Source of the DNA: a virus
Lineage: Duplodnaviria; Caudoviricetes
Virus record (IMG/VR): IMGVR_UViG_3300021961_006887
Coordinates: 1-44,119 of that record
Length of the DNA: 44,119 nucleotides
Direction: 5' to 3' (one strand)
Below, in pieces: positions 9,401 through 19,181 of this stretch. The notes under the pieces were generated by a model. The model searched no databases. It saw only the letters and a list, made by a program, of their open reading frames with translations, and was not told the DNA's origin. The first letter of the stretch is position 1, and every line of letters starts with the position of its first letter. The position numbers and the translations under genes are program-made.

Positions 9401-9988
9401 GACAAGAGAATTTACTACGATCACTCAAGAACTGACAAGTATTGGGTGATGACAGAGAACCTAGAACTTTCGTTCGGTAAGAAGTTTGTTATTGGTAACC
9501 AGCTAGCACTCAGTTCAACAACACTTGGAGCAACGGTTGTCAATTCTTCACTCACATCTGTTGGAACTCTAACTGGACTGAGTGTTGATGGTGCTATCAC
9601 TCTCGGTGGTGTGGTTACTGAAAAGGTATTCAATAACTACTCAACAACCCTAACACCATCCTCAAATATTCTTACCATCAACCTCTCTGCTGCCAACACA
9701 GTTTGTGGAACACCAGCAACGCAGGCAATCAACGAGTGGGCGTTCACGAACACTGGACTTGCTAACGGACAGTCCAAGACAGTGACCCTAATTCTTTCTG
9801 CTAACACTGCTGCTACTTACGGTGACGCATGTAGTGTTGATGGAAACTCTGTGACAAACGGTGTTGAATGGTCTGGTGGTTCTCCACCAATTGCTACATC
9901 AAACACAGACATTCTTACCTTCGTTATTGTCAAGGATAATGCTGGTGTCACCAGAGTATTCGGACAAGGCAACACAGACTTCAGCTGA
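6434..9988 (+). CDS. Long tail fibre-like protein with YadA-head-like repeats
   Basis: Thr/Gly-rich; TQTLTNKT motifs; tandem NTAVG/NIAIG 14-residue repeats (~8560-8880); late promoter at 6391. Confidence 0.75.
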   Translation: MADRFPLIVNAISKKIEEIVAGDNLELTGNGIVISGDTGTGKYLTSDGNTVFWDSPGDVYLNLTQTLTNKTFQSCNISGSVNTITNIPNSSLVNPGITINGALIALGGSVITPNDNTTYSVSAVDGLTSAQKLIRLTSSTNVTDDVAIAVGSPASVPAGSNALSLAIARTGDTITLSGTVVDNNTITTLQSGTGGSPVTGAVTIAAGNFTTVSQVGNTITITGQDTDTITKLRATTGQTLASGNFTFLASGATSVAQGVDGNGDPTITYSSTNTVTRVKGGAAGSFQSGDITITGGTNVTVSQAGNTVTVASTDTNSVTKVAANSETLAFGDFRLLASGATSITTADNAGVKEITISSVNTDTGALATASGGIVKSAEDFRLKNNANFTGNTLMKWDSGNLQLANSIIADNGSTVTIGGDLVVEGTQTILNTTTLKVEDNIIELRKGVSITGADGGIQVNLTTDANENVVTYRQLQWYNAGGYWRSFDGSVANRFVTENETQVLTNKTLTSPTLTNPTLGAATATTINGLSIVATASGVLDIASAKTLNVDRDLTLTSDNNTGNININFRSGGNVAYRSDTLASFSSTTSTQLRGLISDTTGLDRLVFQTNPTILTGISTTSVGFTLLNSGATSITAFGAAAAIDMGAAGGTFTINQNLVVKEDLTVGLTISDNFICNARLDARLGDIIIRGAATNPMRVGRGIGEVNTNTALGVRAINSASSGSQNTAVGYETLYTTNIGAANTAVGNRALRANGIGSNNIAIGRDALLVNLSGNKNIAIGNNAMESMSTGEANVCIGHYAGYGITGTGNVLIGPADDENSTNATYAPDNAGGSRQLVIGSGTEAWIKGDSTFKVTIPNNLTVDGDTLIQGSLTVNGTLTTINSNVVEVDDKEITLASVAPATFQAVTVTNSATITGVTPTSGLIPGMEVNSVTGGISVPVGTIIVSITGNTATLDNVVTGSGTATFTSPGASDLSADQGGIRVKGTTDKRIYYDHSRTDKYWVMTENLELSFGKKFVIGNQLALSSTTLGATVVNSSLTSVGTLTGLSVDGAITLGGVVTEKVFNNYSTTLTPSSNILTINLSAANTVCGTPATQAINEWAFTNTGLANGQSKTVTLILSANTAATYGDACSVDGNSVTNGVEWSGGSPPIATSNTDILTFVIVKDNAGVTRVFGQGNTDFS

Positions 9989-9998
9989 GGATAGATAG

Positions 9999-12530
9999 AT
10001 GCCAGTAGGTTTTAATAGTCCTGCCAGAAACCTTTTCCTTCTAGGTTCCTCTGGCGCACAAGTTGTAACAAACTTCTTCAAAACAATCGATCAGTCGGCA
10101 GGAACTGATGGTGTTTATCTACCAGATGAAATCAAATATAACTTTGTAGATCAAAAGTTCTTACTTGCTGGTTCTGCGGAAGACAGTAACTCAAAGGGAT
10201 TTGGCTGGTTTGAAAAGAGAGATCAAGCTGGAACTGCTGATTGGGATGTAAGAGTAGAAGCTGGAGTGGGCATCAATACAACTCTACGTGCCATGGAGTT
10301 GGATGCTAATGATAATCTAATTGTTGTTGGTAAGACTGCTAGTATTCCATGGATCGCCAAGTATTCTAATGGTGGCGTGATTGATTGGCAATCAACAACT
10401 AACTCTGCTGATGTAGAATACACTGGTATCACTTCTGATGCTAATGGGAATTACTATGCCTGTGGTAACACACCAGTGGCAGGAGAAGCACAAGCATTTG
10501 TAGAGAAATTTGATGCTAGTGGTAATCCTGGATGGGGCAAGTCCGCATTCATGCTTGGTAGAGATGTTGTCCTCAATAAAGTTGCTGCTAATACCAGAGG
10601 AGAAGTAGTTGCAGTTGGATACTTAGAAGATAACATTTATAACAAAGGATATATCGTCAAGATCGATACTAATACTGGTGAAGTGTTGTGGGATAGAACA
10701 CTACAACCAGATTGGCAGGGTGACATGCTGAACTGTACTGATGTTTATATTGATAGTAATGATCAGATCTATGTTACAGTAAATGGTTTTTCTGTTGGAT
10801 ACCTTCTGAAATACACTGCCGAAGGTAATATGATTTGGCAGAAAGTAAGTAACGATAGTGCTGCAAGTACAATTACTTTCGATCAAGTAAAGTCTGATGG
10901 TGAAACAGAGCAGACTATTGTGTTTGGAACTTACACTGATCCAATCTTCAACGACACTTCTGGAATTCTAAGTAAGTATTCTAAAGATGGATCTTTGGTG
11001 TGGAGAAGAACTGTTTATAGCAACTACAGTTCTCCAGCATTATTCTCTAATGTCAATCTAGATGCAGACCCATCATTCTATTATCTTCTCTATGTTGATG
11101 ATGCAATTGATGGACTAACTGGAACTCCAGATAGATATACATTTGGTAAAGTCAGCAGCTCTGGTAATGGTCTAGGTGCTTTCCAATATACAGAGGGAAC
11201 TGGTGTTCCTATTGACTACAATATCCTTAGTGTAGGTGATACTGTTGGCAGATTATCAGACGGATCAGTTCAAAGTAACACCAGTGATCTCATCTCGTAT
11301 CCTTTCAACGGAACTAAAATTCTTTTTGATGACCTTGCCACTCAGGTATCAAACAAGAAGCGTCAGATGGATACTGCTGGTAGCTTTGAGTATAGTGGTA
11401 GTCCTGCTATTAGACCAGCTGACTTCCAAGAACTGAACCTGTTGGGTGGTGTTGGCATCACTTCGGAAACTACATCAACATTTATAGGTAATAGTTATAA
11501 TATTTCCGACGCTCCACTAACTAATAATCCGCTATGGACTGTAAGTTCTTTCCCAAATGGAACATTACGAATTGATCTTGTTGGGGTTCCATCAGGCCCT
11601 AAAATCGATGCTCTTACCAGCTTCGTTAATGATGCTGTGGCTGGAGATAGCATTACTGGATCTAATAGCGATACTTATAGTCAATTAACGACTATAACTC
11701 TAACTAGTTCATTTACTGAAGTATCTTCAGGTATTTGGGAAGCCAGTTCTACTTCTGATCGTGCCCCAAGTTCTAGTAGTTATTATATATCCGTTAATTA
11801 CACTGGACCACCAGTTTTCTATTCGCCAATTTTGTATTTTCCATACTATAATATAACTACCATTACAACTTGGGCGGATCAATCAGGTAAAGGTAATAGT
11901 GGAACAGTAAATGGTGCCACCTCCAACGCCGCTGGATACTGGGAGTTTGATGGAGTAGATGATAGAATTTTGATTGATGATGATGGTAGATTTCACCTTG
12001 CTGAAAATGGCGGAAACTTTGGAATTGAAGCATGGGTAAGACGAACTGGAGATGGAAATGCTTTTACCACAATTGTTTCTTCTTGGGGACAAAGCACAGG
12101 AGTAGATAACTGGATTGTTTCACATGATTCGGGAGATCTTACTTTTACGTGGGCTCCTTATAGCACTGGTACTAGTTTTCTTACTGGCGGTTCTCTTACT
12201 CTAAACAATTGGCATCATGTGGCAGTCACTGGAGATGGAACTAATTTCACGATGTATGTGGATGGAGTCCAAACAGCAAGTGGAACAGCAAGTGGATCTG
12301 CTGCTAGTTCTTTATCTTATGTCGAGATAGGACACTATGGTGCCACCACAGGAAGTCCTCAGTTTGGTGCTGGTAGTTGGTTTGTTGGAGACATCGGTGA
12401 AGTTCGTATCTATCCAAGAGCTCTAACAGCAGCACAAGTCTTCCAGAACTACAACGCTACCCGTGAAAAATATACTGGCGTTCCAGCAAGCACAGATCCT
12501 GGTTTGACATCCACGAGAACCCCTGCCTGA
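9999..12530 (+). CDS. Virion structural protein with beta-propeller-like N-terminus and C-terminal LamG/concanavalin A-like domain
   Basis: Repeated KY...G...W blade motifs; C-terminal FDGVDD...WHHVAVT...MYVDG...IGEVRIYPRALT. Confidence 0.8.
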   Translation: MPVGFNSPARNLFLLGSSGAQVVTNFFKTIDQSAGTDGVYLPDEIKYNFVDQKFLLAGSAEDSNSKGFGWFEKRDQAGTADWDVRVEAGVGINTTLRAMELDANDNLIVVGKTASIPWIAKYSNGGVIDWQSTTNSADVEYTGITSDANGNYYACGNTPVAGEAQAFVEKFDASGNPGWGKSAFMLGRDVVLNKVAANTRGEVVAVGYLEDNIYNKGYIVKIDTNTGEVLWDRTLQPDWQGDMLNCTDVYIDSNDQIYVTVNGFSVGYLLKYTAEGNMIWQKVSNDSAASTITFDQVKSDGETEQTIVFGTYTDPIFNDTSGILSKYSKDGSLVWRRTVYSNYSSPALFSNVNLDADPSFYYLLYVDDAIDGLTGTPDRYTFGKVSSSGNGLGAFQYTEGTGVPIDYNILSVGDTVGRLSDGSVQSNTSDLISYPFNGTKILFDDLATQVSNKKRQMDTAGSFEYSGSPAIRPADFQELNLLGGVGITSETTSTFIGNSYNISDAPLTNNPLWTVSSFPNGTLRIDLVGVPSGPKIDALTSFVNDAVAGDSITGSNSDTYSQLTTITLTSSFTEVSSGIWEASSTSDRAPSSSSYYISVNYTGPPVFYSPILYFPYYNITTITTWADQSGKGNSGTVNGATSNAAGYWEFDGVDDRILIDDDGRFHLAENGGNFGIEAWVRRTGDGNAFTTIVSSWGQSTGVDNWIVSHDSGDLTFTWAPYSTGTSFLTGGSLTLNNWHHVAVTGDGTNFTMYVDGVQTASGTASGSAASSLSYVEIGHYGATTGSPQFGAGSWFVGDIGEVRIYPRALTAAQVFQNYNATREKYTGVPASTDPGLTSTRTPA

Positions 12531-12573
12531 TAAATAGATAGAGCAAGAATTATCTATCCAGAGGCACTAAGTA

Positions 12574-15500
12574 ATGGCGAGGAAATCCATTCAAAGTAAT
12601 TACTATCTCTTTGATGCTTCAGCAAGAGAAGTTATCATCCCAGGCGGCATCCAAAGAGAGCAGTTGATCCTGATTACTAACGTTACTAATAACAAAGTAA
12701 TCTATAATTTCTCGGATCCAGAGCTTACTGCTACTGCATACAGTATTCAGACTGACATTAGAAACGTTACGACAACCAGAGTTGTATTATCATATGATAC
12801 AACTGGAATGTCAGACACAGACAAACTACAGATTGTCTATGATGATTTTGAAGAAACTGTAAAACCAGCAGAGACATACTATGATGCTGTAAATAAGCAG
12901 AGAGTATCCACACCTCAGTCTCAGATGGATACTGACTTTGAATATGGTACGCAGGATACCAAGTGGGAAGGTCTTGCTATGATCAACAACAACCCATTTG
13001 CATATAAGTCTGCATCACCAATTGTTATTACTGACGTTCAGGCAACTCAAAACAGTAGAGATATTGTTGTATCAGTAAATACTTCTCTATCAACTAGACC
13101 TGCTGCTGGATCTGCTATCTACATGCAGGACACAACATTCCCTGGCGCTAATGGTGTCTTTATTGTTGATAGTGTAGATGGTGGTAACCCATCAAACTTT
13201 ACTTATACTGCTAAGTATAATTGGACTGCAGCATCTGGTGGTATTTACGACGCAGCAAGAACTGCTTTATATTCTGGTATTCATTACACTGGATCTGATA
13301 TTGGTGGAACAATTACATTAGCAGCAGCATCTGGTGGTATGGCTGGAGCAGTTCAAGTTGATTGCACCCAGGCACATGGACTTGAAGTTGGTAACGAGAT
13401 TGCTGTTGCTGGTTCTTCTGGTACAAATGTAAATGGATCGTGGACTGTTGCTAGAGTAGAAAGTCCAACTCGTTTCTATTACTTCCCAGACGCAACGCCA
13501 TCTGGATCGGTCAATTCTGGAACCAAGAAACTCTATCCAAGACCACAAGGATCATCAATCCACCGAGCATTTGATGGTGGTGTGAAGTTCTCTACTAATT
13601 CTATTTCAAAGAACCAGCAAGCAATCAGACAGACAAAGCGTTACTTCCGTTATCAGTCTGGTAAAGGTGTAGCATTCTCAACTGGTTCTATTCTTGAACC
13701 ATCAATCGAAAACATTGACAGCATCACGGCATCTGGAACAACTGTGACTGTTGTTTGTGCCGACTCTCATAACATTACTAGAGATACCGTTGTTGATGTA
13801 AGAGGAGTATATGATAACAACTATAACGGTATCTATCAGGTATCTAATGTAGTTGATGCATACACCTTCCAGTATGTTGCCACAGATGCTCCAAATGAGA
13901 CGACAGCAGCAGGTGAATACACCGTAACTCCAGTCAATTCTTATGGAAACAAACTGGAAATCGGTATGATGGACCAGCAAAACGGTATCTTCTTCCGTTA
14001 TGCTAGTGGCAATCTAAGTGTTGTTCGTAGATCATCAACCTTCCAGTTATCTGGTAAGGTATCGGTAACTCTAGGAAGCACTCTTGTTTCTAGTTACACG
14101 TCAGCAAACGGTCAGGGAACTAAGTTTGCTAAGCAACTCAAGCCTGGTGACTATGTTGTAATCCGTGGTTCATCCTATCGTGTTGATGGCATCATCTCTG
14201 ATACTCAAATGGTAATCTTCCCAGATTATCGTGGTCCATCAGCGGGTAACGTACCTGTCACTAAGACAGTAGAGACTGAGTGGAACCAATCGGATTGGAA
14301 TATTGACCGTTGTGATGGTACTGGTAAGTCTGGTTATACACTAGACCCAACCAAGATGCAGATGTTCTACATGGACTACTCTTGGTATGGTGCTGGTTTC
14401 ATTCGCTGGGGATTCCGTGCTCTAGATGGTAACGTAATCTACGCTCACAAGATTCCAAACAACAACCAGAACACAGAAGCATACATGAGATCTGGTAACC
14501 TACCAGCTCGTTATGAAGTCAATACTCTACCACCCCTAACACAAACTACAAAGTCATTCTCTAACTCAGACACAACGTTGTATGTTGCTGGTGCTCCAAC
14601 ACACTTCCCCGAAAGTGGTACTCTACGTATCAAGAGAACAACTGGATCGACAACTGGAGTTCAAGAGTACATCAATTACACAGGTAAAACAGCATTCGTT
14701 CAGGATGTTATCAACGTAAATGCTGGTAACGTTATTGAAGTTGCATCAACAACTGGTCTTGTTCCTGGTGGTCAGCAGACAATTACGTTTGATACTCCAT
14801 TCTCAAACGTTGTAGCAAACAAAACATACTTTGTTGCTGCTGTTCCATCATCAACAACATTCCAGATCACAACTACACAAGGTAGTTCAACTGGTATCAC
14901 TCTACAACAGCAAGTTGGTTCTGCTATTTCTCCTCTTGCTCGTTCTTTTGCTGGTTCATTTACTGGTATCACTAGAGAGCAAGCAGGTGCTTCTGGTATT
15001 ACCATTACAATTGCATCAGGTTCATCAACAGGAACTGTAAGTTCTGCAACTGGTATCCAGAAAGGACAGAGAGTAATTGGAACTGGTATCCCTGCAGATA
15101 CATTTGTTCATTCTATCTCTGGAACTAGTGTATCTCTCAGTAAATCAGTTACATCTGCTAACCCAACTGGAGTAATCTTCTCTCCTCTTGGTGCAGGTTC
15201 AGCACAGACATTTACATATGATGCTAACCAACCAACTAGCGTTGAACTAATTGGTGCAACATCTATCCCACAGATCTCACACTGGGGTTCATCTGTTATC
15301 ATGGATGGTAGATTTGACGATGACCGAGCATATGTCTATACTGTTGGTACTAAAACTCAGAGAACAATTAGTTCAGGTCAGACCAGAGCAATTCTTGCTC
15401 TTCGTGTAGCACCTTCTGTTGATAATAGTATTGCAGGAAACTTTGCAACCAGAGAACTTGTTAATAGAATGCAGCTAGTTCTTCGTGCGGTTGATGTTTC

Positions 15501-15873
15501 ATCTACTGGTAAGTTCTTTGTTGAACTAGTCCTCAATCCAGTTCCAGATGTCAGTAACACATGGTTGAACGTTGCTGGTACATCCCTAGCACAATACTCT
15601 GTTCTAACTGATAACACTGACCTTCTTGGTGGTGAAGTTATCTATGGTTTCTACGTAGATACTGGCGTTCAATCGTATGATCTATCTGCTGTGAAGGAGA
15701 TTTCAAACTGTATCCTTGGTGGCGGAACATCTAACTACGCATTTACAACTGCACCAAACCCAACTGGTATCTTCCCAGATGGTCCAGAAGTTCTCGCAGT
15801 TAGAGTAACAAACATCGCTGGTGGTAACAAGACTGTTGATGCTCGCTTCTCTTGGACTGAGGCACAGGCATAA
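12574..15873 (+). CDS. Large virion structural protein (cyanomyovirus family ending WTEAQA)
   Basis: DTDFEYGTQ, RQTKRYFRYQSGKG and DYSWYGAGFIRWG motifs; repeated HGL..G beta modules; late promoter at 12529. Confidence 0.75.
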   Translation: MARKSIQSNYYLFDASAREVIIPGGIQREQLILITNVTNNKVIYNFSDPELTATAYSIQTDIRNVTTTRVVLSYDTTGMSDTDKLQIVYDDFEETVKPAETYYDAVNKQRVSTPQSQMDTDFEYGTQDTKWEGLAMINNNPFAYKSASPIVITDVQATQNSRDIVVSVNTSLSTRPAAGSAIYMQDTTFPGANGVFIVDSVDGGNPSNFTYTAKYNWTAASGGIYDAARTALYSGIHYTGSDIGGTITLAAASGGMAGAVQVDCTQAHGLEVGNEIAVAGSSGTNVNGSWTVARVESPTRFYYFPDATPSGSVNSGTKKLYPRPQGSSIHRAFDGGVKFSTNSISKNQQAIRQTKRYFRYQSGKGVAFSTGSILEPSIENIDSITASGTTVTVVCADSHNITRDTVVDVRGVYDNNYNGIYQVSNVVDAYTFQYVATDAPNETTAAGEYTVTPVNSYGNKLEIGMMDQQNGIFFRYASGNLSVVRRSSTFQLSGKVSVTLGSTLVSSYTSANGQGTKFAKQLKPGDYVVIRGSSYRVDGIISDTQMVIFPDYRGPSAGNVPVTKTVETEWNQSDWNIDRCDGTGKSGYTLDPTKMQMFYMDYSWYGAGFIRWGFRALDGNVIYAHKIPNNNQNTEAYMRSGNLPARYEVNTLPPLTQTTKSFSNSDTTLYVAGAPTHFPESGTLRIKRTTGSTTGVQEYINYTGKTAFVQDVINVNAGNVIEVASTTGLVPGGQQTITFDTPFSNVVANKTYFVAAVPSSTTFQITTTQGSSTGITLQQQVGSAISPLARSFAGSFTGITREQAGASGITITIASGSSTGTVSSATGIQKGQRVIGTGIPADTFVHSISGTSVSLSKSVTSANPTGVIFSPLGAGSAQTFTYDANQPTSVELIGATSIPQISHWGSSVIMDGRFDDDRAYVYTVGTKTQRTISSGQTRAILALRVAPSVDNSIAGNFATRELVNRMQLVLRAVDVSSTGKFFVELVLNPVPDVSNTWLNVAGTSLAQYSVLTDNTDLLGGEVIYGFYVDTGVQSYDLSAVKEISNCILGGGTSNYAFTTAPNPTGIFPDGPEVLAVRVTNIAGGNKTVDARFSWTEAQA

Positions 15874-15900
15874 ATAATAGGTCAAATTGACCACACGATC

Positions 15901-16362
15901 ATGTTACCTAAGGTTTCCGAAGGAGCAGACCGCGAAGAGAAAAGAGAATGGTTAGGTGATCTAGTTAGAATTATTATTCTAATCTGGAGCGCAGGTCTGC
16001 TCACCGCCTCATATGTGAGGCTTCCTGGTGGGCAAAAAGTCATGGACTTTGATCCCACATTTATCGCGTCTGTCTTCTCTGGATCCCTTGCTGGATTTGG
16101 TGTAGCAGTAGCAAGCAAAACAGGTATGAATGGTGGTGCTACTAATGGTGGTGGATCACTACCAGAAGCACCAGTATATTCCCGTCCAAGAGAAGAGGAA
16201 GAGAGAGCACAACCAGAAGTTCAACCTATCTGGGAAGAGCCAACTCCAGAACCACCTGTAGAAGAAGCACCTGCTGTTGATCTAGAGCAGCGTGTTGAGG
16301 CACTTGAAGCAAAAGCAGAAGAACCATCTACAGAAGAGAGGCCACGTAGAGGAGATCTCTGA
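15901..16362 (+). CDS. Two-TM membrane protein with acidic Pro-rich tail (holin-like topology)
   Basis: Two hydrophobic helices flanking DFDPTFIASVF; late promoter at 15869. Confidence 0.65.
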   Translation: MLPKVSEGADREEKREWLGDLVRIIILIWSAGLLTASYVRLPGGQKVMDFDPTFIASVFSGSLAGFGVAVASKTGMNGGATNGGGSLPEAPVYSRPREEEERAQPEVQPIWEEPTPEPPVEEAPAVDLEQRVEALEAKAEEPSTEERPRRGDL

Positions 16363-16511
16363 TGGAGTATATTATTTTTGCAATTGTGGGTCTGACTGAG
16401 GTTGGACCCAACCTTTGCAAGGTGGATTATCAACGCTATGTTGATGTACAATCCGTCACGTTACCATGTAATTTAATAAAAAGGAAACAAGACAATGCAA
16501 AAAGTATTTAA
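16362..16511 (+). CDS. Small hypothetical protein, 49 aa (MEYIIFAIVGLTEVGPNLCKVDY...)
   Basis: TGATG coupling to the upstream stop; GAGGAG SD; not in the ORF track. Confidence 0.55.
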   Translation: MEYIIFAIVGLTEVGPNLCKVDYQRYVDVQSVTLPCNLIKRKQDNAKSI

Positions 16512-16686
16512 TGCTCTAGCAGTTGCCTCGTTTGTGTTGAGTGCATCAGCAGTTGGTGCTGGTGTCTATGCTTACATGAATAGAGAAACTCTAATTGAGC
16601 AAGCAAAGCGCGAAGTTATGGAGGCAGTCATGCCTAAAGGTGTGAAGCAAATTACAGAAAAACTACCTATCAAACTACCATTCTGA
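16495..16686 (+). CDS. Small membrane-anchored hypothetical protein
   Basis: N-terminal hydrophobic helix; AAGGA SD. Confidence 0.7.
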   Translation: MQKVFNALAVASFVLSASAVGAGVYAYMNRETLIEQAKREVMEAVMPKGVKQITEKLPIKLPF

Positions 16687-16895
16687 TGTATATCGCAAAG
16701 AGAGAAGGTTACGGTGGCACTTGGGATTACTTCCAAGACAACGTAAATGACAGTCCCAAATGGACCAAGGATAAGTCTAAGGCAAGAAAGTTTGCAAATG
16801 AAGACCTAGCCATGAAACATGCCAACCAGAGCGGTCTATATACTATTATTCTGGAGGCGGTAGATGGCACAAGCACCAGCGAAGGAGAAGCGTAA
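16686..16895 (+). CDS. Hypothetical protein
   Basis: TGATG coupling to the upstream gene. Confidence 0.6.
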   Translation: MYIAKREGYGGTWDYFQDNVNDSPKWTKDKSKARKFANEDLAMKHANQSGLYTIILEAVDGTSTSEGEA

Positions 16896-16995
16896 GCAAG
16901 AAAGAGATAACATCTTCTTGGATGTGTTATACAATTTGGTTGTATATGTTCCAGTATTGATTATCTCTTGGGTATGGGATAAAATCTCAGATTGA
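16864..16995 (+). CDS. Small membrane protein, 43 aa (MAQAPAKEKRKQERDNIFLDVLYNLVVYVPVLIISWVWDKISD)
   Basis: GGAGG SD shortly upstream of the ATG; basic N-terminus and one TM helix; not in the ORF track. Confidence 0.55.
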   Translation: MAQAPAKEKRKQERDNIFLDVLYNLVVYVPVLIISWVWDKISD

Positions 16996-17838
16996 GAACT
17001 TGGCAGATAACTTCTTAGCAATCTTTTTAGCAGGGGCAAACAAGGGCTTAAACCTTGCTTGCCCTTCTTTTGTAAATTTACTTGAGATCACATCATCAAT
17101 AATGATCTTGTTATCAATCTCATAGAGAGAATTGATCTCAACTTGGTCACGAATATATTGTTCTACGTTATCAACCTGCTCTACAAGTCTGGTTCCTTCA
17201 GCAGAGTATTCAAAGATATCAATATGTCCTCCTTCAGCTAGCACATAATGAAGGACTGGTTTGACTTGTTTGATCTTGACCTTGAATTTCTTTTTAGTTG
17301 CTTCTTTGATGAGTGGCTCAGCAGCGTTCTTGATGGTGTTGAATGCCGTTGTAGCAACCATCGTGGCAGCGGTAGTCACAACGGCAATAGAACCCGCTGT
17401 AGCGACCACAGAGGGGTCTGGGAGATCCACCTTGACCCCACCCACCGTGAAGGAGGGAGTGATAGGTTGTGGTGGAACCTCAATAACAGGAGCGATAGGT
17501 TGCGGTTGTGCTACCCCTGGGGGTGGTGGGGTAGGACTATCGGGTAACCCCCTGGTCTTATCTGCTTGTTCCTGTGCTTGCTTTTCTTTCTCCGCTCTCA
17601 CAGCAGCATCAAACTCTTCCTGTGTAGGAACATCTATCACAGGATACTTGATAGAAGGATCTGGTGCTTGGAATACTGGTAGAGCCAACCCCCTAACAAC
17701 AGGAACCTCTGCTGATCTAACGACAGGAGGATCTATAGTTGGGATAACACTAGGTCCACCAATGCCAATATTCGGTATTCCGTTGGCATTTATCTGTACG
17801 TTGGCAATTCCCTTGGCATTAATTGGTTGTATTTCCAT
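16987..17838 (-). CDS. Pro-rich protein with a central TM segment
   Basis: Long Pro-rich N-terminal half, hydrophobic VVATAGSIAVVTTAATMVA segment, basic stretch after it. Confidence 0.7.
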   Translation of the reverse strand: MEIQPINAKGIANVQINANGIPNIGIGGPSVIPTIDPPVVRSAEVPVVRGLALPVFQAPDPSIKYPVIDVPTQEEFDAAVRAEKEKQAQEQADKTRGLPDSPTPPPPGVAQPQPIAPVIEVPPQPITPSFTVGGVKVDLPDPSVVATAGSIAVVTTAATMVATTAFNTIKNAAEPLIKEATKKKFKVKIKQVKPVLHYVLAEGGHIDIFEYSAEGTRLVEQVDNVEQYIRDQVEINSLYEIDNKIIIDDVISSKFTKEGQARFKPLFAPAKKIAKKLSAKFSI

Positions 17839-18400
17839 TCACCACATCCTGAACTCTAGGATACTTCACAACAACATCAGCACAGATTTTGTGGTAAGGA
17901 CTATCGGGATGGAAACTAATACCTCCTTTGATTGCCTCACCACACTTGAGTAGTCTGACTAACTCAAAGTCAAGTCTTGCCTTGTCTGCTTCTGCTTGCT
18001 GTCTTTTGATTTCAACTTGTGCTCTTGCCTTACAGATCTCTTGAAGTGATCCGTCCAAAGGAAAGTTGAATCCTAAACTCAAACCAGCATTACCAGAATG
18101 AGATTGGTAAGTTGTGGGATCAGCACCACCACTTAAGTTCCCCATAACAAATGGGGAAACACTCATTGTTGGTCCTTGACAACTAACTCCTGATCCATAT
18201 GTATTGACTGCATAAGGTCCTTGTAATACTTGGACTGCTTGGTTAGTGACATTACCAGTAGCGGAAGCACTAGGGCCAGCGATATTAGTGTTACTAGGAG
18301 CAGATTGAGCATAAGCCGTGCCATAGAACAAGACTCCTATTGAGTAAAGACCGATATAGAATTTGTTGTAGATTCGGTAGTTGTAGTTCTTTCTATCCAT
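17819..18400 (-). CDS. Exported/envelope protein with 4 Cys and a coiled-coil segment
   Basis: Signal-peptide-like IGVLFYGTAYA-Q; SCQGPT, FNFPLD, LLKCGE and ICADV motifs. Confidence 0.7.
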   Translation of the reverse strand: MDRKNYNYRIYNKFYIGLYSIGVLFYGTAYAQSAPSNTNIAGPSASATGNVTNQAVQVLQGPYAVNTYGSGVSCQGPTMSVSPFVMGNLSGGADPTTYQSHSGNAGLSLGFNFPLDGSLQEICKARAQVEIKRQQAEADKARLDFELVRLLKCGEAIKGGISFHPDSPYHKICADVVVKYPRVQDVVNGNTTN

Positions 18401-18699
18401 GTTTCTTTTGCCACTCCAGGACCGAGATATGTTTCGCTGAACTGAAATGGAGCACCTTGAGTTTGAATGCTATAACTCATCCCAGGAGCAGGAGTTCCTG
18501 GGATGTTGATATTTGTTCCAGTTACAGTGTATGATGTGCCAGTAGTATATTCAATCTGTTTGATTGTCTCTACAATTTCTGTGTAAGATTTTGTTTCTGC
18601 TGTGATAGTTCCTCTGGTGAAGTTAGGAACGACTGATTCCGCTAGGGCATTATTATGAAAAGACCCTAGCAGGATCAAACCTGCTAGGTATTTTTTCAT
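18337..18699 (-). CDS. Exported beta-rich protein (VVPNF family)
   Basis: Signal peptide MKKYLAGLILLG...ALA; ends SISVFTQ. Confidence 0.75.
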   Translation of the reverse strand: MKKYLAGLILLGSFHNNALAESVVPNFTRGTITAETKSYTEIVETIKQIEYTTGTSYTVTGTNINIPGTPAPGMSYSIQTQGAPFQFSETYLGPGVAKETWIERTTTTESTTNSISVFTQ

Positions 18700-19181
18700 T
18701 TGAATACACTGAGCTCGATGGTTCTTTGACCCGTAGCAGTAGTTCCAGCACCACCAGCAGTAACGGTAGGAACACCTGTGGTTGATAGAGTACCAGCAAG
18801 AGATCCTTTGTCTCCGCCAACTTGAGTAACACTATCACCATAGAGATTAGGTGAAGCAATGACACCACCACTAACTGACTGTGTGGTTACAGGAGTATCA
18901 GCAGCATTGAAGCTCTCACTGAATGTGAATGATTGACCTGCCGTATTGATACTAGGAGTTGCATCAGAATATGCACCATTTGAACCTAGACCAAAACTGG
19001 TATTTTGACCGCTAAATTGTACGTTTGTACCTGAAACGGAGTACGATGCCCCAATTCTTGTTGATTGGATAGCAGCACCATCAACCTTTAGTTGTACCGA
19101 GTCAGTAATTTTTGAAGTAATTTCAGCAGCACTTACAGGAATAGCAAAGAATAACGAAAAGAGTAGAATAGATCTTTTCAT
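18696..19181 (-). CDS. Exported beta-rich protein, paralogue of the downstream gene
   Basis: Signal peptide MKRSILLFSLFFAIPVSA; ends IELSVFK; minus-strand late promoter AATAAATA at 19202-19209. Confidence 0.75.
   Translation of the reverse strand: MKRSILLFSLFFAIPVSAAEITSKITDSVQLKVDGAAIQSTRIGASYSVSGTNVQFSGQNTSFGLGSNGAYSDATPSINTAGQSFTFSESFNAADTPVTTQSVSGGVIASPNLYGDSVTQVGGDKGSLAGTLSTTGVPTVTAGGAGTTATGQRTIELSVFK

Noticed and set aside
6649-9633. Many minus-strand ORFs opposite the fibre gene (similarly 13318-15617 and 34461-37256)
   Set aside because: Expected from Thr/Gly/Ala-rich coding on the plus strand, which rarely produces antisense stops.
17261-17953. 230-aa plus-strand ORF
   Set aside because: Antisense mirror of the Pro-rich minus-strand gene, which fits the operon and late promoter.
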